Source: the human T2T-CHM13v2.0 reference genome, Homo sapiens | Length of the DNA: 64,000 nt | Direction: 5' to 3' (one strand) | Assembly (NCBI RefSeq): GCF_009914755.1 | Contig: NC_060926.1 | Shown here: piece after piece, positions 1 to 24,125 of the stretch | Position numbering within the stretch: the stretch's first letter is position 1 | Layout of the letters: every line of letters begins with the position of its first letter | The notes under the pieces: model-generated | What the model was told of the DNA's origin: nothing | Databases searched by the model: none | The model's input: only the letters and a program-made list of their open reading frames with translations | Position numbers and translations under genes: made by a program

Positions 1-135
<135 letters not shown>

Positions 136-888
136 TGATAGAAACTGTTGTTTAATATATGTTTACAGTTATTTGAAGCCTATTTAATATCAGAAAGACT
201 ACATTTTAAAAACATCTTTTTACTTGAAAGATTAAGAGACTGCTGCTTTTTTTGTAATAGTAGTTAAGTGTATATATGCCAATCTAATTATAAATGTCAC
301 TTATTAACATCATAAAAGTTTTTGATCTCTAACATATTTGTCCTATCCAGTTGAGTCAAACATTAAATATTCAGTATTAAACAGTAGCAGATTTTGAAAC
401 AAGGCCTTTGAAGTTACAAATAACAGATTCTTCAAATGATACATATGATGGCATTATTTAGCTCAGAATCAAGAATATCTTCTGATGGCCTTAAAATGAT
501 TTTTAAAAAGTAGTTCTTTACTAATCCTTGAGAAGACTAATAGTTCTAAAGATTGTGAATAGTGTGAAGTTATGAGAGACTTTTAGTAAATGAGCATATT
601 TTTGCTATACCGGATCCATTCAGGTAATAGGTTTGTAAGGAGAAAGTATTGCATGGCTGTTAGAAGCTTGGACTTACCTAGTTTAGCCAATTACTAGTCG
701 TGTAACAATCCATATTAGGTGTGGCTGAGTATAATCAGTTAACCAGAATATTACCTTTTGAAACCTTTGTTTCAAGCAATAACTTAAAGCAGTATTTTTG
801 TGTAGTTATTACTCTTATTTGAGTTTGGCTATCATAACCAAAACAATTAGGTGTACTCTGAGTATAATTTGTATTTTTGCAAAAGAAA

Positions 889-1197
889 TTTTTATTTATT
901 TATTTTTTTATCTTGTGACTGGGTCTTGCTCTGTCACCCAGGCTAGAGTGCAGTGGCATAATCATAGTTGAGTGCAACCTGGAACTCCTGGGGTCAACCA
1001 GCCCCTGCTGCCTCAGCCTCCTGAGTAGCTGGGAACTGCAGGCATACCACCACACCCAGCTAATTTTTAAAATTTTTTAGAGAGATGAAGTCTCACTTTG
1101 TTGTCCAGGCTGGTTTCAAACTCCAGGTCTCAAGCAGTCCTCCCGCCTCAGCCTCCCAAAGTGCTGGGATTACAGGCGTGACCCACCACCCCTGGCC
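889..1197 (-). mobile_element. Alu (AluJ-like)
   Basis: T-rich tail followed by antisense Alu consensus ending cctggcc. Confidence 0.88.
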
Positions 1198-1312
1198 CAA
1201 TAGAAACCTTCATAGAATATCATTTAACTTTCAATTGCTTAAAATATTTTAGCTAATTTTTATATATATTTAATGTTTGATGCGTTGCTGATTTTTTTGA
1301 ATTACCTTTTCA

Positions 1313-1661
<349 letters not shown>

Positions 1662-1668
1662 GATGTGT

Positions 1669-1669
<1 letters not shown>

Positions 1670-1700
<31 letters not shown>
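1670..1700. repeat. (CA)n microsatellite at an Alu tail
   Basis: About 15 AC units, lying inside the Alu TSD accaatgag (1358-1366 / 1699-1707). Confidence 0.92.
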
Positions 1701-1701
<1 letters not shown>

Positions 1702-1766
1702 AATGAGCCTGATACATTAATCAGTGATGTGGCTTGCTGATTTGTTTTCACTCTATAGTAAGTTGA

Positions 1767-1901
<135 letters not shown>

Positions 1902-2171
1902 TAGATTTAAGTCAACTTAAGAAGTAGATTTAAGTACATAACAAAATATTGCAGTCAAGATCCATGTATATAGCCAGTTACTCTCAGTCACAGAAAGATT
2001 TCTGTTTGCTCAGAAAGTCTTATATTATTTCCAAGAGGAAAAACTGAGTACCTATTAGGGTATGCCATTAAAACTGTCCTCATGCTGGGACTCATTCCAC
2101 ATGTAAAACTTCTAATAGCTAACATCTGCCCAAAAAGGCACTTGCTTTCCAGAGCCCAAACCCAGTCTTAA

Positions 2172-2825
<654 letters not shown>

Positions 2826-3870
2826 AAGAATCAAATTATAGAATATTTAAAATGTAGAATCAAATTATTAAATATTACTACATATATTTCTTTCCCTATA
2901 CTGGTATCTGAAATTAAATCATTATCTTCCTGATGACACACAGGTTTAGATTAATGGAAATTAATCTAATGGTAGTTTTCAAAGATGTCTTGATCTTTTT
3001 CAGTATATGAATTTAGTGATGTAGAATGTACAAAAAAATATATCATTTATTAACTAGATATGTTCTTAAGCAATCACTGTGTTTGTTAGGTACTTTACCT
3101 AATCTTCATAGTAAAAATTCAGCTATCCTCATTTTTTAGGAGTTAAAGCCAAGCCTCACAGAAGGTAATACCTAGCCTATAATGCCTTTGAGAAATTAAA
3201 TACTTTTTCTATGTTTACACAACAAGAAAGTGACTAGGATTATATGCCTGACCATCTAACTCCAAAGCCTTTCTAGCATGCCATGTTTCCTCTGAATGAG
3301 TAGTTGTAAGCCCCCGTTAAACTAGATCTCTTAACATGTTCTTATGGGCCTTTATTTGCTACCTAATTAGGACACTTTCTGCCTTAGGCTATATATTTAT
3401 CCATTTACCTCAGTACATTATAAATACATTAAAGGCAGCAACTTTCTCTTAATCATCTTTGTATCACTCTTGAATACAGTATTGAATTGAAATCGCCACA
3501 GCTATTACAACAGTAGTGTATCTAAGCTCTAACTTATAGATGTACTTCTGTCAATACAGTAATTGGGCTAAGCTTTGTAATTTTTACTGTTCCTTAGCAA
3601 CAGTTTGCTCGGAACCTCCAACATTGGTTTTTACAGAATAGTCATATGTGAAGTCAATGCTTTATCCCTTACCTTCTGGTACAGTCAGAAGGCGAAAGTA
3701 ACAGACTAAAACAGAATGCTTCACAGGGCTTTGAAATAGATGCTATCATATTTTCACACCTGCTTTACCTTTCTTTTTGTTTTACAAGTGGTGCTAATTA
3801 GTTTTTATTGTGATGAAAATGATACAAAAATCAGCCTTTGATTTGAAATAAAGTGAATAATATTTATTAA

Positions 3871-4763
<893 letters not shown>

Positions 4764-5235
4764 AGTGTTGACATTTTGATCTTGTCAAGGAATTAAAGAT
4801 TCATCCAAATTATACATTCTGAATTTTGAATACTACATTTAATTTTACCAAGCATCTAACGTGTAAGATACTAGTCTAGTATGGAAATCCAAAAATGAAT
4901 AAGGCTTCTCTAGCTTTAAGGCACTTATAACCTAGCTGGGGAAGACAGACCATAAACAACTATATGTAATCCAATATAGAAAGAAATAAATTATAATTAA
5001 AATATAAATTATTTGCCAAGGAAAAATAATAAAAGAGAATAATACATTCTGACTTGAAAATTTAGGAGAGATATCAGTAAGAAAAACTTTAAAGTAGAAG
5101 TGGGGTTTCCAAAGAAATGAAAAAAGTAGTATCTCTGCTAAGAGAATAGTCTGAGCCAACACCTATAATTGTCAACAATGCATGGTATGTAATTCATTGT
5201 AGCTAGAGCCTAGTGTATATGAAGGAACATAGTGA

Positions 5236-5457
<222 letters not shown>

Positions 5458-6024
5458 TAAAGTTCTTTTATTATTTAATGGGAAGTAAGGATTATAATAT
5501 TTAATTCAAGATAGTAAATTATACTGTAATAATCTGTTGTTGGATTTTTAAAACATTTTTATTGGAAGCTTTTGTTTGCTGCTGAGTGGTAGTCTGAACT
5601 GTTTTTCTTGGCTTTCTTTCATCTACTTCACATTTTCCTGACGAAGAAGAATAAATAATTTGACTTAAAATGCTTCTTGTGACAATCGAGATGATATGTA
5701 GATGGAGATAATAATTTAATAGCTCTTAATTATAATGTCTGCTCATATATAAAATAGATCCTAATAAGTCCATTGTTAATTGATAGAATGAGTAGTCTAG
5801 TAAAACAGGAGTAGTTAATGGTGTAATTGAAAGAGTTTAAATAAAAAATTCAAATGTTTAAATATACATATTAAATTGAGTAATTCAGAATGTGATTATA
5901 AAATGCATTCATACCTATGAATGTGGTTAGGACAGATAGCATTAACCCTTCACAAAAAGAAAATTGAAAATAAAAAGTTACTAAGATTAGTTTGAAAATA
6001 TACATTGAACAGTCTCTGCAATAC

Positions 6025-6282
6025 AGCAGAGGTTGGTAAACTCTTTCTTGTCTCAAATAATAACTTATTTGAAAAGTATGCAGCAGTGAGATAGGTCTAA
6101 CTGGTAAATATTTTGTGCTTTGCAGGCCAAAAGGCAAACTCAAAGATATTCTGTAGATACATATATAACCACTTAAAATGTAATCATCTAAAAATATAAA
6201 ACCCATCCTTAGCTCACCCACCGCCTACAAAACAGGTGGTGGGCTGGCTTTGTCCCACAGGCTGTAGTTTGTAAAACCCTGC
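6025..6282 (+). mobile_element. MER58-family hAT MITE with a foreign internal insert
   Basis: Begins cagaggttggtaaact and ends gtagtttgtaaaaccctg (terminal inverted repeats). Internal taaatattttgtgctttgcaggcc matches MER58. Confidence 0.7.
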
Positions 6283-6407
6283 ATTGCAATATCACTGCAG
6301 CGTGTTTCTCAGATTCAATACCATGGGAAAATGAATTATCAAAAAATATAATTTTTTGATAATGTAGTGTAAAAAATGTTTATGAGTTTTATAACAGTTA
6401 AAGCTTT

Positions 6408-6685
6408 GGCCGGGCGCAGTGGCTCACGCCTGTAATCCCAGCACTTTGGGAGGCCGAGACCGGCAGATCACGAGGTCAGGAGATTGAGACCATCCTGGCT
6501 AACATGGTGAAACCCCGTCTCTACTAAAAAATATAAAAAATTAGCGGGGCATGGTGGTGGACGCCTGTAGTCCCAGCTACTCGGAAGGCTGAGGCAGGAG
6601 AATGGCATCCAGGAGGCAGAGCTTGCAGTGAGCCGAGATCACGCCACGGCACTCAGAGCGAGACTCCATCTCAAAAAAAAAAAAA
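6408..6685 (+). mobile_element. AluY-like with small internal deletions
   Basis: accatcctggctaac and gagcttgcagtg diagnostics. TSD aacagttaaagcttt on both sides. Confidence 0.9.
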
Positions 6686-7002
6686 CAGTTAAAGCTTTAT
6701 AATACATTTTACTCAAATGAACAATATTGTAGTAAGCATCACTGTATTTTTTAATTGATGTAATAATTAAACAGTTTTATGGGGTACACCACTGTATTTT
6801 GGTACATGCTTTCACGTGTTTGTGAAAGCACTTCAAAATTAATCTGTCACTCTTTTCCTAAATCCATGTTTACTGAAATAGTTATTTAGTGTTGCAATAC
6901 AAACTCTACAAACTTGTTTGTTTCCAAAAGTATCTAAGTTAGTTGCATAGAACTCAGAACACAAAAAAACAATGCTCAGAAATTATGACTAATTCCCAGG
7001 AT

Positions 7003-7577
7003 GTGTTGGGAGTCTCCAAGACTACCCCCAGGTTCAGTGATTTGCCAGAAAGACTCACGGAATTTAACATGTAGTTGTAGTCATGGCTAAGATTTATTAC
7101 AGTGAAAGGATACAAAGCAACATCAGCAAAGGGAAAAGGCACATGGTGTGCAGTCCAGGGGAAGCCAGGCACAAGTGTCCAAGAGACCTCTCCTAGTGGA
7201 GTCACATAAGATCTACTTAATTCTTTCAGTAATGAAATGTGGAAACACATTTTTTTGTCGTCAGAGAAGCTCATTAGAGACCCAGTGCCCAAGGTTTTTA
7301 TTGGAGGCTGGTCGCGTACACACCCCTCTGACTAGCACATACCAAAATTCCAAACTCCAGAAGAAAAACAAGTGTTTAGCATAAACCATACTATTTGCAC
7401 AAACACTCTAGGTGTAGTGAGCCACCCTTGTCATTGAGGGAAAGTTTTATGTCAGTGTAAGGATGAACTGTTCGCCAGCCAAGTCCCAGATGCCAACCAA
7501 AGGCCAGTCTTGCAAGTAGGCCTTTCTGTAACAATGATGGCAGTCTCAGGCCTGCTATGTTAACTCTTTACTGCATG
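7003..7577 (-). mobile_element. Solo ERV LTR, MER21-like
   Basis: Matches my recollection of the MER21 consensus (aagatttattacagtgaaaggatac...cagcaaagggaaaaggcacatgg...caggcctgctatgttaactc). Confidence 0.72.
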
Positions 7578-8793
7578 TAAAACAACACAAGACCCTATTT
7601 GACCCATAATCTGATGGACATGCAATACTATATTTCTTCTATAATGCCAATAGAACTGTTTTCATCTTATCTAATCATTTGTGACTTTTCTTGTAATATA
7701 GTACATTCCAAGTTCCATCTGCAGGTGCAGCAACACATCTGCCCTTCTCTGTACCTACCATGTCACATAGTAGCTTTCTCCAGGACACATTCAGTATCTG
7801 GATCAGTATAAAGAACACAATAGATTTCCTTGGGTACCAATAACTTGTTAATCCCTTTTCATCCTCGTAAGAGGTATTTCCCCATGTATTAATATGAAAA
7901 GAGAAGGCCTTTTGTAGGTCATCTCTTCATAGGTGTTCAAATTGTGAAGAAAGTAGAGATAGTAGTGAAAGCAAGGGCTTAATAAATGGGTTTTTTTCAG
8001 GTACCATTTTCATTTTGCCTTGTTCAAATGCAAGTCATTCTTCTCTGGATTAATTCACAACGTGAAGAGAAAAGATAATCACCAACTTTTTAAAATTTTA
8101 TAAATTATAATGAATTTTATAATTTGTTACTTAGTCCCTATTAAGTTCTTAGAACAACACCTGATACATAGTACATACCCAATAATGTTATCATTTACCT
8201 AGTAAATATTAGGTATCACTTGTGAACAACTGTCACATCAGGGAACTGAATTCAAATTATTGTTCTCTTTCACATTGTTATAAGATAATGGCAGATGTTT
8301 TCTGAACGCTGTCTTTATTTTCTGGTCCTACTGTGGCTTTCAGGAAGTACCCTAGTTAATGGGTTAGAAGTGTTTTTTAAAAGTTAGACCCAAAAGGAAA
8401 TTTCTATAAATTATGACCAATTTTCTCATTTGACTTATTTGAGAAACATGTTCTTATATGATCCGTATTTTCTACTTTATATGTATGTCAGTATAACTTA
8501 GGATAGATCCTAAATCATTGGCTGTTTTAAATTATTGCTGCTCTTTGAAATCTACATCTCTTTTTTAAAAGCAGAATAGTTGAATAGAAGGTGATGGGTT
8601 TCAGAAATTTCAAGTATGCCATATATACATGGTATATAATTCCTTTCCTTCATTTTAAATTAATTGATTAGATGTTTCAAGAGAGTAAAATGATGTATCA
8701 CAGGATTCATCCTTATTTAAAGAGACGGTTTTCAGTAATTTGTACCTAATAAAGATGAGCAGAACCAGCCACTAAACCTCTTTTATTTTATAG

Positions 8794-8889
<96 letters not shown>

Positions 8890-8978
8890 TGATTTTTACC
8901 TTTTTCACACTGCTATGCCTATATTCATTACAACTTAGAAAAAAAGAGGAAATAAATATTTTTTAAAAGCCACTTTTT

Positions 8979-10654
<1,676 letters not shown>

Positions 10655-10802
10655 GAGCTTTTTCTGTTTGAGTTATCTTAAGATGTGCTTAATGAGTTTC
10701 AGGTTTGAAGTACACAGTCTCACAGTGTTCCCTAAGTGATAAATGCCAATGTCATGTGAGCATCTGGTTATTCTGGGCTGCTTTCCTTAATATTTCATTT
10801 AA

Positions 10803-10940
<138 letters not shown>

Positions 10941-11035
10941 TAAGTAAATGAATATGTAAAGCAAAATAGCTATACCAGATACCTTATTGCCAGGAAAAAA
11001 ACTAGATTAATTGATTCATTTATTCTGAAAGAAAT

Positions 11036-12217
<1,182 letters not shown>

Positions 12218-12957
12218 TCACACTCCATGTTGAGGATCAAATTACACCATATATTTGAAAACTATTTAAAATGATATAATTGTTATCACTGTATCTTTGT
12301 CTTCCTCAACTAGAATACAACTTCATGAGATTAAGGAAAATGTTTTTTTTCCTTTCTTATCCCACATAGTACTGTTATGTTTTGCAAGAAGCATATTCTC
12401 AGCAAATTAATATTGAACAATAAAGTTTTATAGCTAGAGTATGAGAATTAGCCCTCATTTTCTATATACACACTGAGTTGCAATCACTTGTCTTTCTGCA
12501 GAATCTGGATTGGCTAAGCTCACAGGTATTGCACTTGGAAGCTGATAAAACCAGCATGCTTGCTTTGGTTCAAATGGAGAACAGTCATCATAAGTGTTGT
12601 TAGATACACACTTATCTGCCTGATTTATCTCCTATGCATCACCTTGTGTAGGACATCCCTGGTTTAAGTTTATTTCTGATATTCCTGGTCCTGGCATATC
12701 CTGTCTTGTCTTTAAACTTTAAGGCTGTCATTTACAAAATTGCCAATTTTATTAAATTGTCTTTGAAATCCAAGATTTAAGCTTTCTTCACACCTTCACT
12801 GATTTCACCTTTTTTTGTTTACCACTTGAGATTGTTATGTATATTCTTAATTTATGAAAAATATTACAGTGAGATAACATGTTTTCTGAAAGTCTATCGT
12901 TTATTAATAGACATTTCAAATAGGACATTTGGGACTAATTTTTTATTTCTTTTTTAG

Positions 12958-13215
<258 letters not shown>

Positions 13216-14123
13216 TAGCTTTTTTTCCAAAAATGCTCAAAAATTTTCTTTTTTTCTTAAGTATAAAAGTAGTACGTGCTCTTTGTAAAGAGCATTAAAT
13301 TTTACCTTTGAAGCTGAGTGAACTTTTTTATTGTGTAGGATTATAAATATATACTTTCTATAGGAGTGTCTCATGTATTTTGGGTATAATAAAGCACCAC
13401 ATAAATTAAATACATCTTCATAGTATCTGGAAAATGTTAGGCTAAGTTGTTTTTTTTTAATGAATGATAAAAGTAAGAATTTTAAGACAAAATGGTAATA
13501 AAATCTGCTGTCATTAGATAAGACATCAACTGCTCTATTACTTTGTTAACAGTTAAACATGAGAGTGATGAAATTGTTGAATGTAGTTTTAACTTGCTAC
13601 TTCTTAGTGTATTAGTCTTCAATATAAGAATAAAACATTGAGTAGGTTTTTTTCTAATAAACCTGTTAGGGAAGGAAAATGGAGTCTGCTGCTAATTCTG
13701 TACCAGTCAATCCTAAGATAACACTTACGTCTGCAGTTTAGGAAAAATATATTTGTATTGTGAATTTATAGTATAGTATGTGCAGTTTTTCTAAGGACAT
13801 ATATTCTATAGGATTACAATTCCCAATGGGAGTAGAAGGTGAATGGGGATGAGAAAGCAAAGTAGCATATGAAAATTAACTGGGGATCTATCTCAAACTA
13901 TCTAACCTCCTCCCAAGATTGTGGTAGTCATTCCCCACACTGCATGTCGACTTCTCATGCTCAGAGAAGGGGGATTTCAAAGAAAGCTCTCCGAGGTGAT
14001 TTTGACACTGCTGCTTTCCTGTGTCTCTCTTCCCCAGTGCTTTTCCAGTACCATGTCTACATTCCTCCCTGTTGGCATAACTGATTTAGGAATAGTTTGA
14101 ACATTAACAAAAATTGCTCTTAA

Positions 14124-14435
<312 letters not shown>

Positions 14436-14665
14436 TAGGTTTACTGTCTGATTCATTACCTTATTCCCTATTGCTTTCCAAAGATTCTTCCTTCTTACCT
14501 TTCCTAGGAAAACGGGAATTATTTTATTGTCTTTTAGCATAGTAACATTTCTGCTTTCTTTCTTGTGGGACTACTAGAAATGATAGATTTATAGTTTTCA
14601 TCAACCTGATTGCATTCTCATAATAATATTGGTCCAGGAAGTATCATTTTTATTGAATAGCTTCT

Positions 14666-16092
<1,427 letters not shown>

Positions 16093-16099
16093 TAATTTG

Positions 16100-17335
16100 G
16101 CATATTTTTATAGTTATTTATTTACAGAAATAGGAAGTGTCTTTTCATGTTTGTTTCAGGTCCTTTTTATATCCTTTGATAAAATTTCTTTCTTTTTCAT
16201 TTAGATCTGATACCTTGTGATACTTACTTCAAATTATCATGTTTTTTATTACTATTTTTAGTGGGGTTTTAAAAATCATTTTTGTGTCTGATTATTGTTA
16301 ATATAAAGAAAAGCTATATAGTGATTTGACTGATTTCTGTACAATTATATCGAATTACTTTGCCAAATCCTCTTATCAACTCTCATGGTTATTAGTATTT
16401 CTTGGATTTTCTGAAAATAAGGTAGATAATACAATCATGTGATCTGAAAATAAAAGTAATTTGCTTTATCTTTTCTAATATACTAATTATTTCATTTTCT
16501 TATATTATTAGCTAATACAATAAGGTAAGCAAAATTATAGTGAGCATCCCCGCCTTATATCTAATTTTGATGAAAATGTCTTCCCAATGTTACCATTTAG
16601 TATAGTGTTTGCTGTTAGGTTTCACTAGTTGTGTTTTTCACATTTAAGTATTTAGCTTACTTCTATTATTTTTTTCTTTTGGTAACTTTATAGTTTTAAT
16701 GAAATTTCAAACTTGTAAAAAATTTGCAAAAATAGTATATTTTGTATCATGTGTCTTAGCAGTCTCTTTTAGTATCTCCCTCTTACAGCATCTTATTTTT
16801 TTTAACCATTTAAAAGTTTGAGATATCATGTTCCTTTACCCCTAAATAGGTCAGTGTGTATTTTCTGAGAACAAAGACAATCTTGTACATAAACCCAGTG
16901 AAGTTACCAAAATCAGAATGCTTAACATTTATACAATACCATTAGCTAATCCACAGTCCATGTTCTAATTTTGTATTTCCAATAATGTTCTTTACAGCTG
17001 TTTTTCCCAGTTTATCTTATTTGTAATTTTTCTCTTTTTCTTGATGTAATGTATTATGTTGAGAACTTTCCTAGGTTTGCACCATCCTTGAATTTTTATA
17101 ATAAACCCACATAGTTTATGGTATATTGTTATTACACTTTACTGATGTATCTTATTAGCTAGTACTTTAATGATTTCTCTACTCTTAAGTAAGATAGATC
17201 TTTTTGTTCTGTCTTTATCATGTTTAGTATGGGGATATGCAATCTTTACCAAATAAGTTTAGGAAGGGCTCCTCTTTCTCTTGACTTGGAATTGCTTCCA
17301 TAATATAGGAATTACCTGAGTTTTAAAAGTTAAAT
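16100..17335 (-). mobile_element. Old degraded L1 (L1M) fragments, antisense
   Basis: T-rich sequence with motifs such as gtgagcatccccgccttatatctaatttt...ccatttagtatagtgtttgctgttagg, typical of antisense L1 ORF2. Confidence 0.6.
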
Positions 17336-17867
17336 ATAGTGCACTACGCACTCAGACTGATACTCACAGGGAAAGACAAATTTGTCACAGGTAGCAGAGT
17401 GTCAAGGGGAATTAATGCACACCACATGGAACAGGTGGAAGGTGTGGGCAGAGTTGTCTAGGATAATCACAAATACAAATAGCAACTATTCAAATAAAAC
17501 AAATAACATACAACTATGTGTATGCTAAAGACAAAGCACGCTAAAGACATGAAGAAAGAGTCTTCTGGAAGATGACTCAGAGAGCAATTTTTTGCAATAC
17601 AATTGTGTTATTAGGAAAACATAAGAATGGCAGTTCAATAAAATGGAAGATCAAACATGAAATGATAAAATAGCATTATAAGAAGAAAACGAAGGTTGCA
17701 GAAGAATCAAGTTGAGATTAAAACCAGTACCATTACATACTCCATAAATATATATACCTACTGTGTACCACAAATGTTTTTTCAAAGGGCTGCAGCCAAG
17801 ACATATTTAAAAATACCATTACAAACACAAATAAACCTGAAGCAGAAACTACAAGAAAGAAAGCATG

Positions 17868-19287
17868 TCTCTCCCTCTCCCTCTCCCTCTCTCCCTCTGT
17901 CCCTTTCCCTCTCCCTCTCTCCCTCTCCCCTCTTTCCACCGTCTTCCTCTGATGCCGAGCCAAAGCTGGACTGTACTGCTGCCATCTCAGCTCACTGCAA
18001 CCTCCCTGCCTGATTCTCCTGCCTCAGCCTGCCGAGTGCCTGCAATTGCAGGCGCGCGCCGCCACGCCTGACTGGTTTTCGTATTTTTTGGGTGGAGACG
18101 GGGTTTCGCTGTGTTGGCCGGGCTGGTCTCCAGCTCCTGACCGCGAGTGATCCGCCAGCCTCGGCCTCCCGAGGTGCCGGGATTGCAGACGGAGTCTCCT
18201 TCACTCAGTGCTCAATGGTGCCCAGGCTGGAGTGCAGTGGCATGATCTCGGCTCGGTACAACATCCACCTCCCAGCAGCCTGCCTTGGCCTCCCAAAGTG
18301 CCGAGATTGCAGCCTCTGCCCGGCTGCCACCCCGTCTGGGAAGTGAGGAGCGTCTCTGCCTGGCCGCCCATCATCTAGGATGTGAGGAGCCCTTCTGCCT
18401 GGCTGCCCAGTCTGGAAAGTGAGGAGCGTCTCTGCCCGGCCGCCATCCCAACTAGGAAGTGAGGAGCGCCTCTTCCCGGCCGCCATCCCATCTAGGAAGT
18501 GAGGAGCGTCTCTGTCCGGCCGCCCATCATCTGAGATGTGGGGAGCGCCTCTGCCCTGTCGCCCCGTCCGGGATGTGAGGAGCGTCTCTGCCCGGCCGCC
18601 CCGTCTGAGAAGTGAGGAGACCCTCTGCCTGGCAACCGCCCTGTCTGAGAAGTGAGGAGCCCCTCCGCCCGGCAGCCGCCCCGTCTGAGAAGTGAGGAGC
18701 CCCTCCGCCCGGCAGCCACCCCATCTGGGAAGTGAAGAGCGTCTCCGCCCGGCAGCGACCCCGTCCAGGAGGGAGGTGGGGGGGTCGGCCCCCCGCCCGG
18801 CCAGCCGCCCCCTCCGGGAGGTGAGGGGCGCCTCTGCCCGGCCGCCCCTACTGGGAAGTGAGGAGCCCCTCTGCCCGGCCACCACCCCGTCTGGGAGGTG
18901 TGCCCAACAGCTCATTGAGAACGGGCCATGATGACAATGGCGGTTTTGTGGAATAGAAAGGGGGGAAAGGTGGGGAAAAGATTGAGAAATCGGATGGTTG
19001 CCGTGTCTGTGTTAGAAAGAGGTAGACATGGGAGACTTTTCATTTTGTTCTGTACTAAGAAAAATTCTTCTGCCTTGGGATCCTGTTGATCTGTGACCTT
19101 ACCCCCAACCCTGTGCTCTCTGAAACATGCGCTGTGTCCACTCAGGGTTAAATGGATTAAGGGCGGTGCAAGATGTGCTTTGTTAAACAGATGCTTGAAG
19201 GCAGCATGCTCGTTAAGAGTCATCACCACTCCCTAATCTCAAGTACCCAGGGACACAAACACTGCGGAAGGCCGCAGGGTCCTCTGC
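17868..19287 (+). mobile_element. SVA retrotransposon (possibly SVA_D), 3'-truncated
   Basis: (CCCTCT)n head ~17868-17932, Alu-like domain to ~18310, GC-rich VNTR to ~18900, SINE-R to 19287. 17-bp TSD agaaactacaagaaaga at 17844-17860 and 19290-19306. Confidence 0.95.
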
Positions 19288-19489
19288 AAAGAAACTACAA
19301 GAAAGAGATTTGATGTGGCTGCAAATCAAATTAGTGGCCTGGAAAAAAAGATGTAATCAAAGTGAATGCCAATAAAAAGGTGACTTTAAAGCAGTTAGAG
19401 AAAGAATGATAACTAAAAATCAAAGACAGTCAGCATAAAGATAATTGATGTCCCTGAAGCAGCGATCCCAATAAATGGAAAAATTATTC

Positions 19490-19786
19490 AGCCGGACATG
19501 GTGGCCAATACCTATAATCCCAGCACTTTGGAAGGCTGAGGCGGAAGGATTACCTGAGTCCCAGAGTTCAAGACCAGCCTGGGCAACATGGCAAGACCCT
19601 CATCTCTACAAAAAAATGTTAAAAATTAGCCAGGCATCGTGGTACATGCCTGTGGTCCCAGCTACTCAGGGAGGCTAAGGTGGGAGGATTACGTGAGTCC
19701 AGGAGGTCGAGGCTACAGTGAGCCATGTTCATGCCACCGCACTCCAGCCTGGGCAACAGAATGAGAGACCCTGTCTCAAAAAAATA
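19490..19786 (+). mobile_element. AluJ-like inside an A-rich old L1-like stretch
   Basis: Alu dimer with gaggtcgaggctacagtgag. ttattcag on both flanks. Confidence 0.85.
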
Positions 19787-20126
19787 AGGTTATTCAGAAA
19801 TATAACACAAAAAGTTTATTTGAAGTTAAGGAATAATAAATCTGTAGATTAAAAGGGGAAATAACATACTTGGAAAAATTAACCCAAGACTGTCAACATT
19901 GCAAAAATTTATGTTAAGGTTTTGAGCTTAGTTAAGTTTTTGAGATGGAGAATAATTCAGAAATCCAAGTAGAAATGTAAGAATGAGTACTATTATGAAT
20001 AGACTCAGTGGTTGTAACTAGTTGCAATGTTAGTTTGTGATTAGAAGGTTTAAATGCAATATAAACCTTGTGAAAAACAGGAAACAAGAAACCACCTTTA
20101 CCTTTGCTTTTCTCTTGTATTATTAG

Positions 20127-20258
<132 letters not shown>

Positions 20259-20650
20259 TAAGAAATACTATTTATTTTGTCTACAAATTTATTACCAACA
20301 CTTATAACTAAAAAGTTTTTCAGAGGAATTGATAAGAGTATAGAAATGTTATACCATACTTGTATAGGACTTTGCAAAAGTAGAATAGACTTTGCAAAAT
20401 AAAGAAATCACTGAATGCCATTTTGGGATTTTATTCGTTTTATTATTTAAGGGAAGAGGACATTCTAGGAAATAAAATACTATTTGAAATTTCGAAGTTG
20501 GAATTTTTCCTAAGGTGCATGTATCCTTGATGGAATAATCATTTTCTTGGTTCCTTTCCCACATTTCTTTATCTGGCCCACTCTACTTTTATTCTTTTTT
20601 GCTGTTCTTTTCCTTTGTCTTTTTCATTTTCTGATATATCCTGTGTGTAG

Positions 20651-20875
<225 letters not shown>

Positions 20876-21200
20876 TAGATGAGGTTTATTGAAGAAGGAA
20901 AGAACACCATATTTTAAAGATGATGTTTTTCTTTCATCATTCAGTTGTTCGTTTCTTAACATTAGATGGCCTTCTACCACAATCGTAGCCTCACATTAGT
21001 ATTTTATTATTGAGATTTCTATTGACTTGTGTAATATATGATTTCAAAATAATTTCTGCTTATGTAGGATTTTTTAAGCTTAAGTGGAAACTGGAAATGA
21101 TAGCCAACTGAAATTCCTTTTGCATAAGGCAGGGTATAAATAAACAAGCCCTCAATTTTATGTTTGTTTCCTGTCAGTGACATCACTATTTATTTAATTA

Positions 21201-21203
<3 letters not shown>

Positions 21204-21248
<45 letters not shown>
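21204..21248. repeat. (TG)n microsatellite
   Basis: About 22 TG units next to the T-tail of an antisense Alu. Confidence 0.95.

Positions 21249-24125
<2,877 letters not shown>

Noticed and set aside
18310-18900. Regular ~37-50 bp repeats that could suggest a CRISPR-like array
   Set aside because: Tandem SVA VNTR units without unique spacers, in a human intron.
17696-19229. Overlapping ORFs up to 236 aa
   Set aside because: They arise from the stop-poor SVA hexamer, Alu-like, VNTR and SINE-R sequence. SVA is non-coding.
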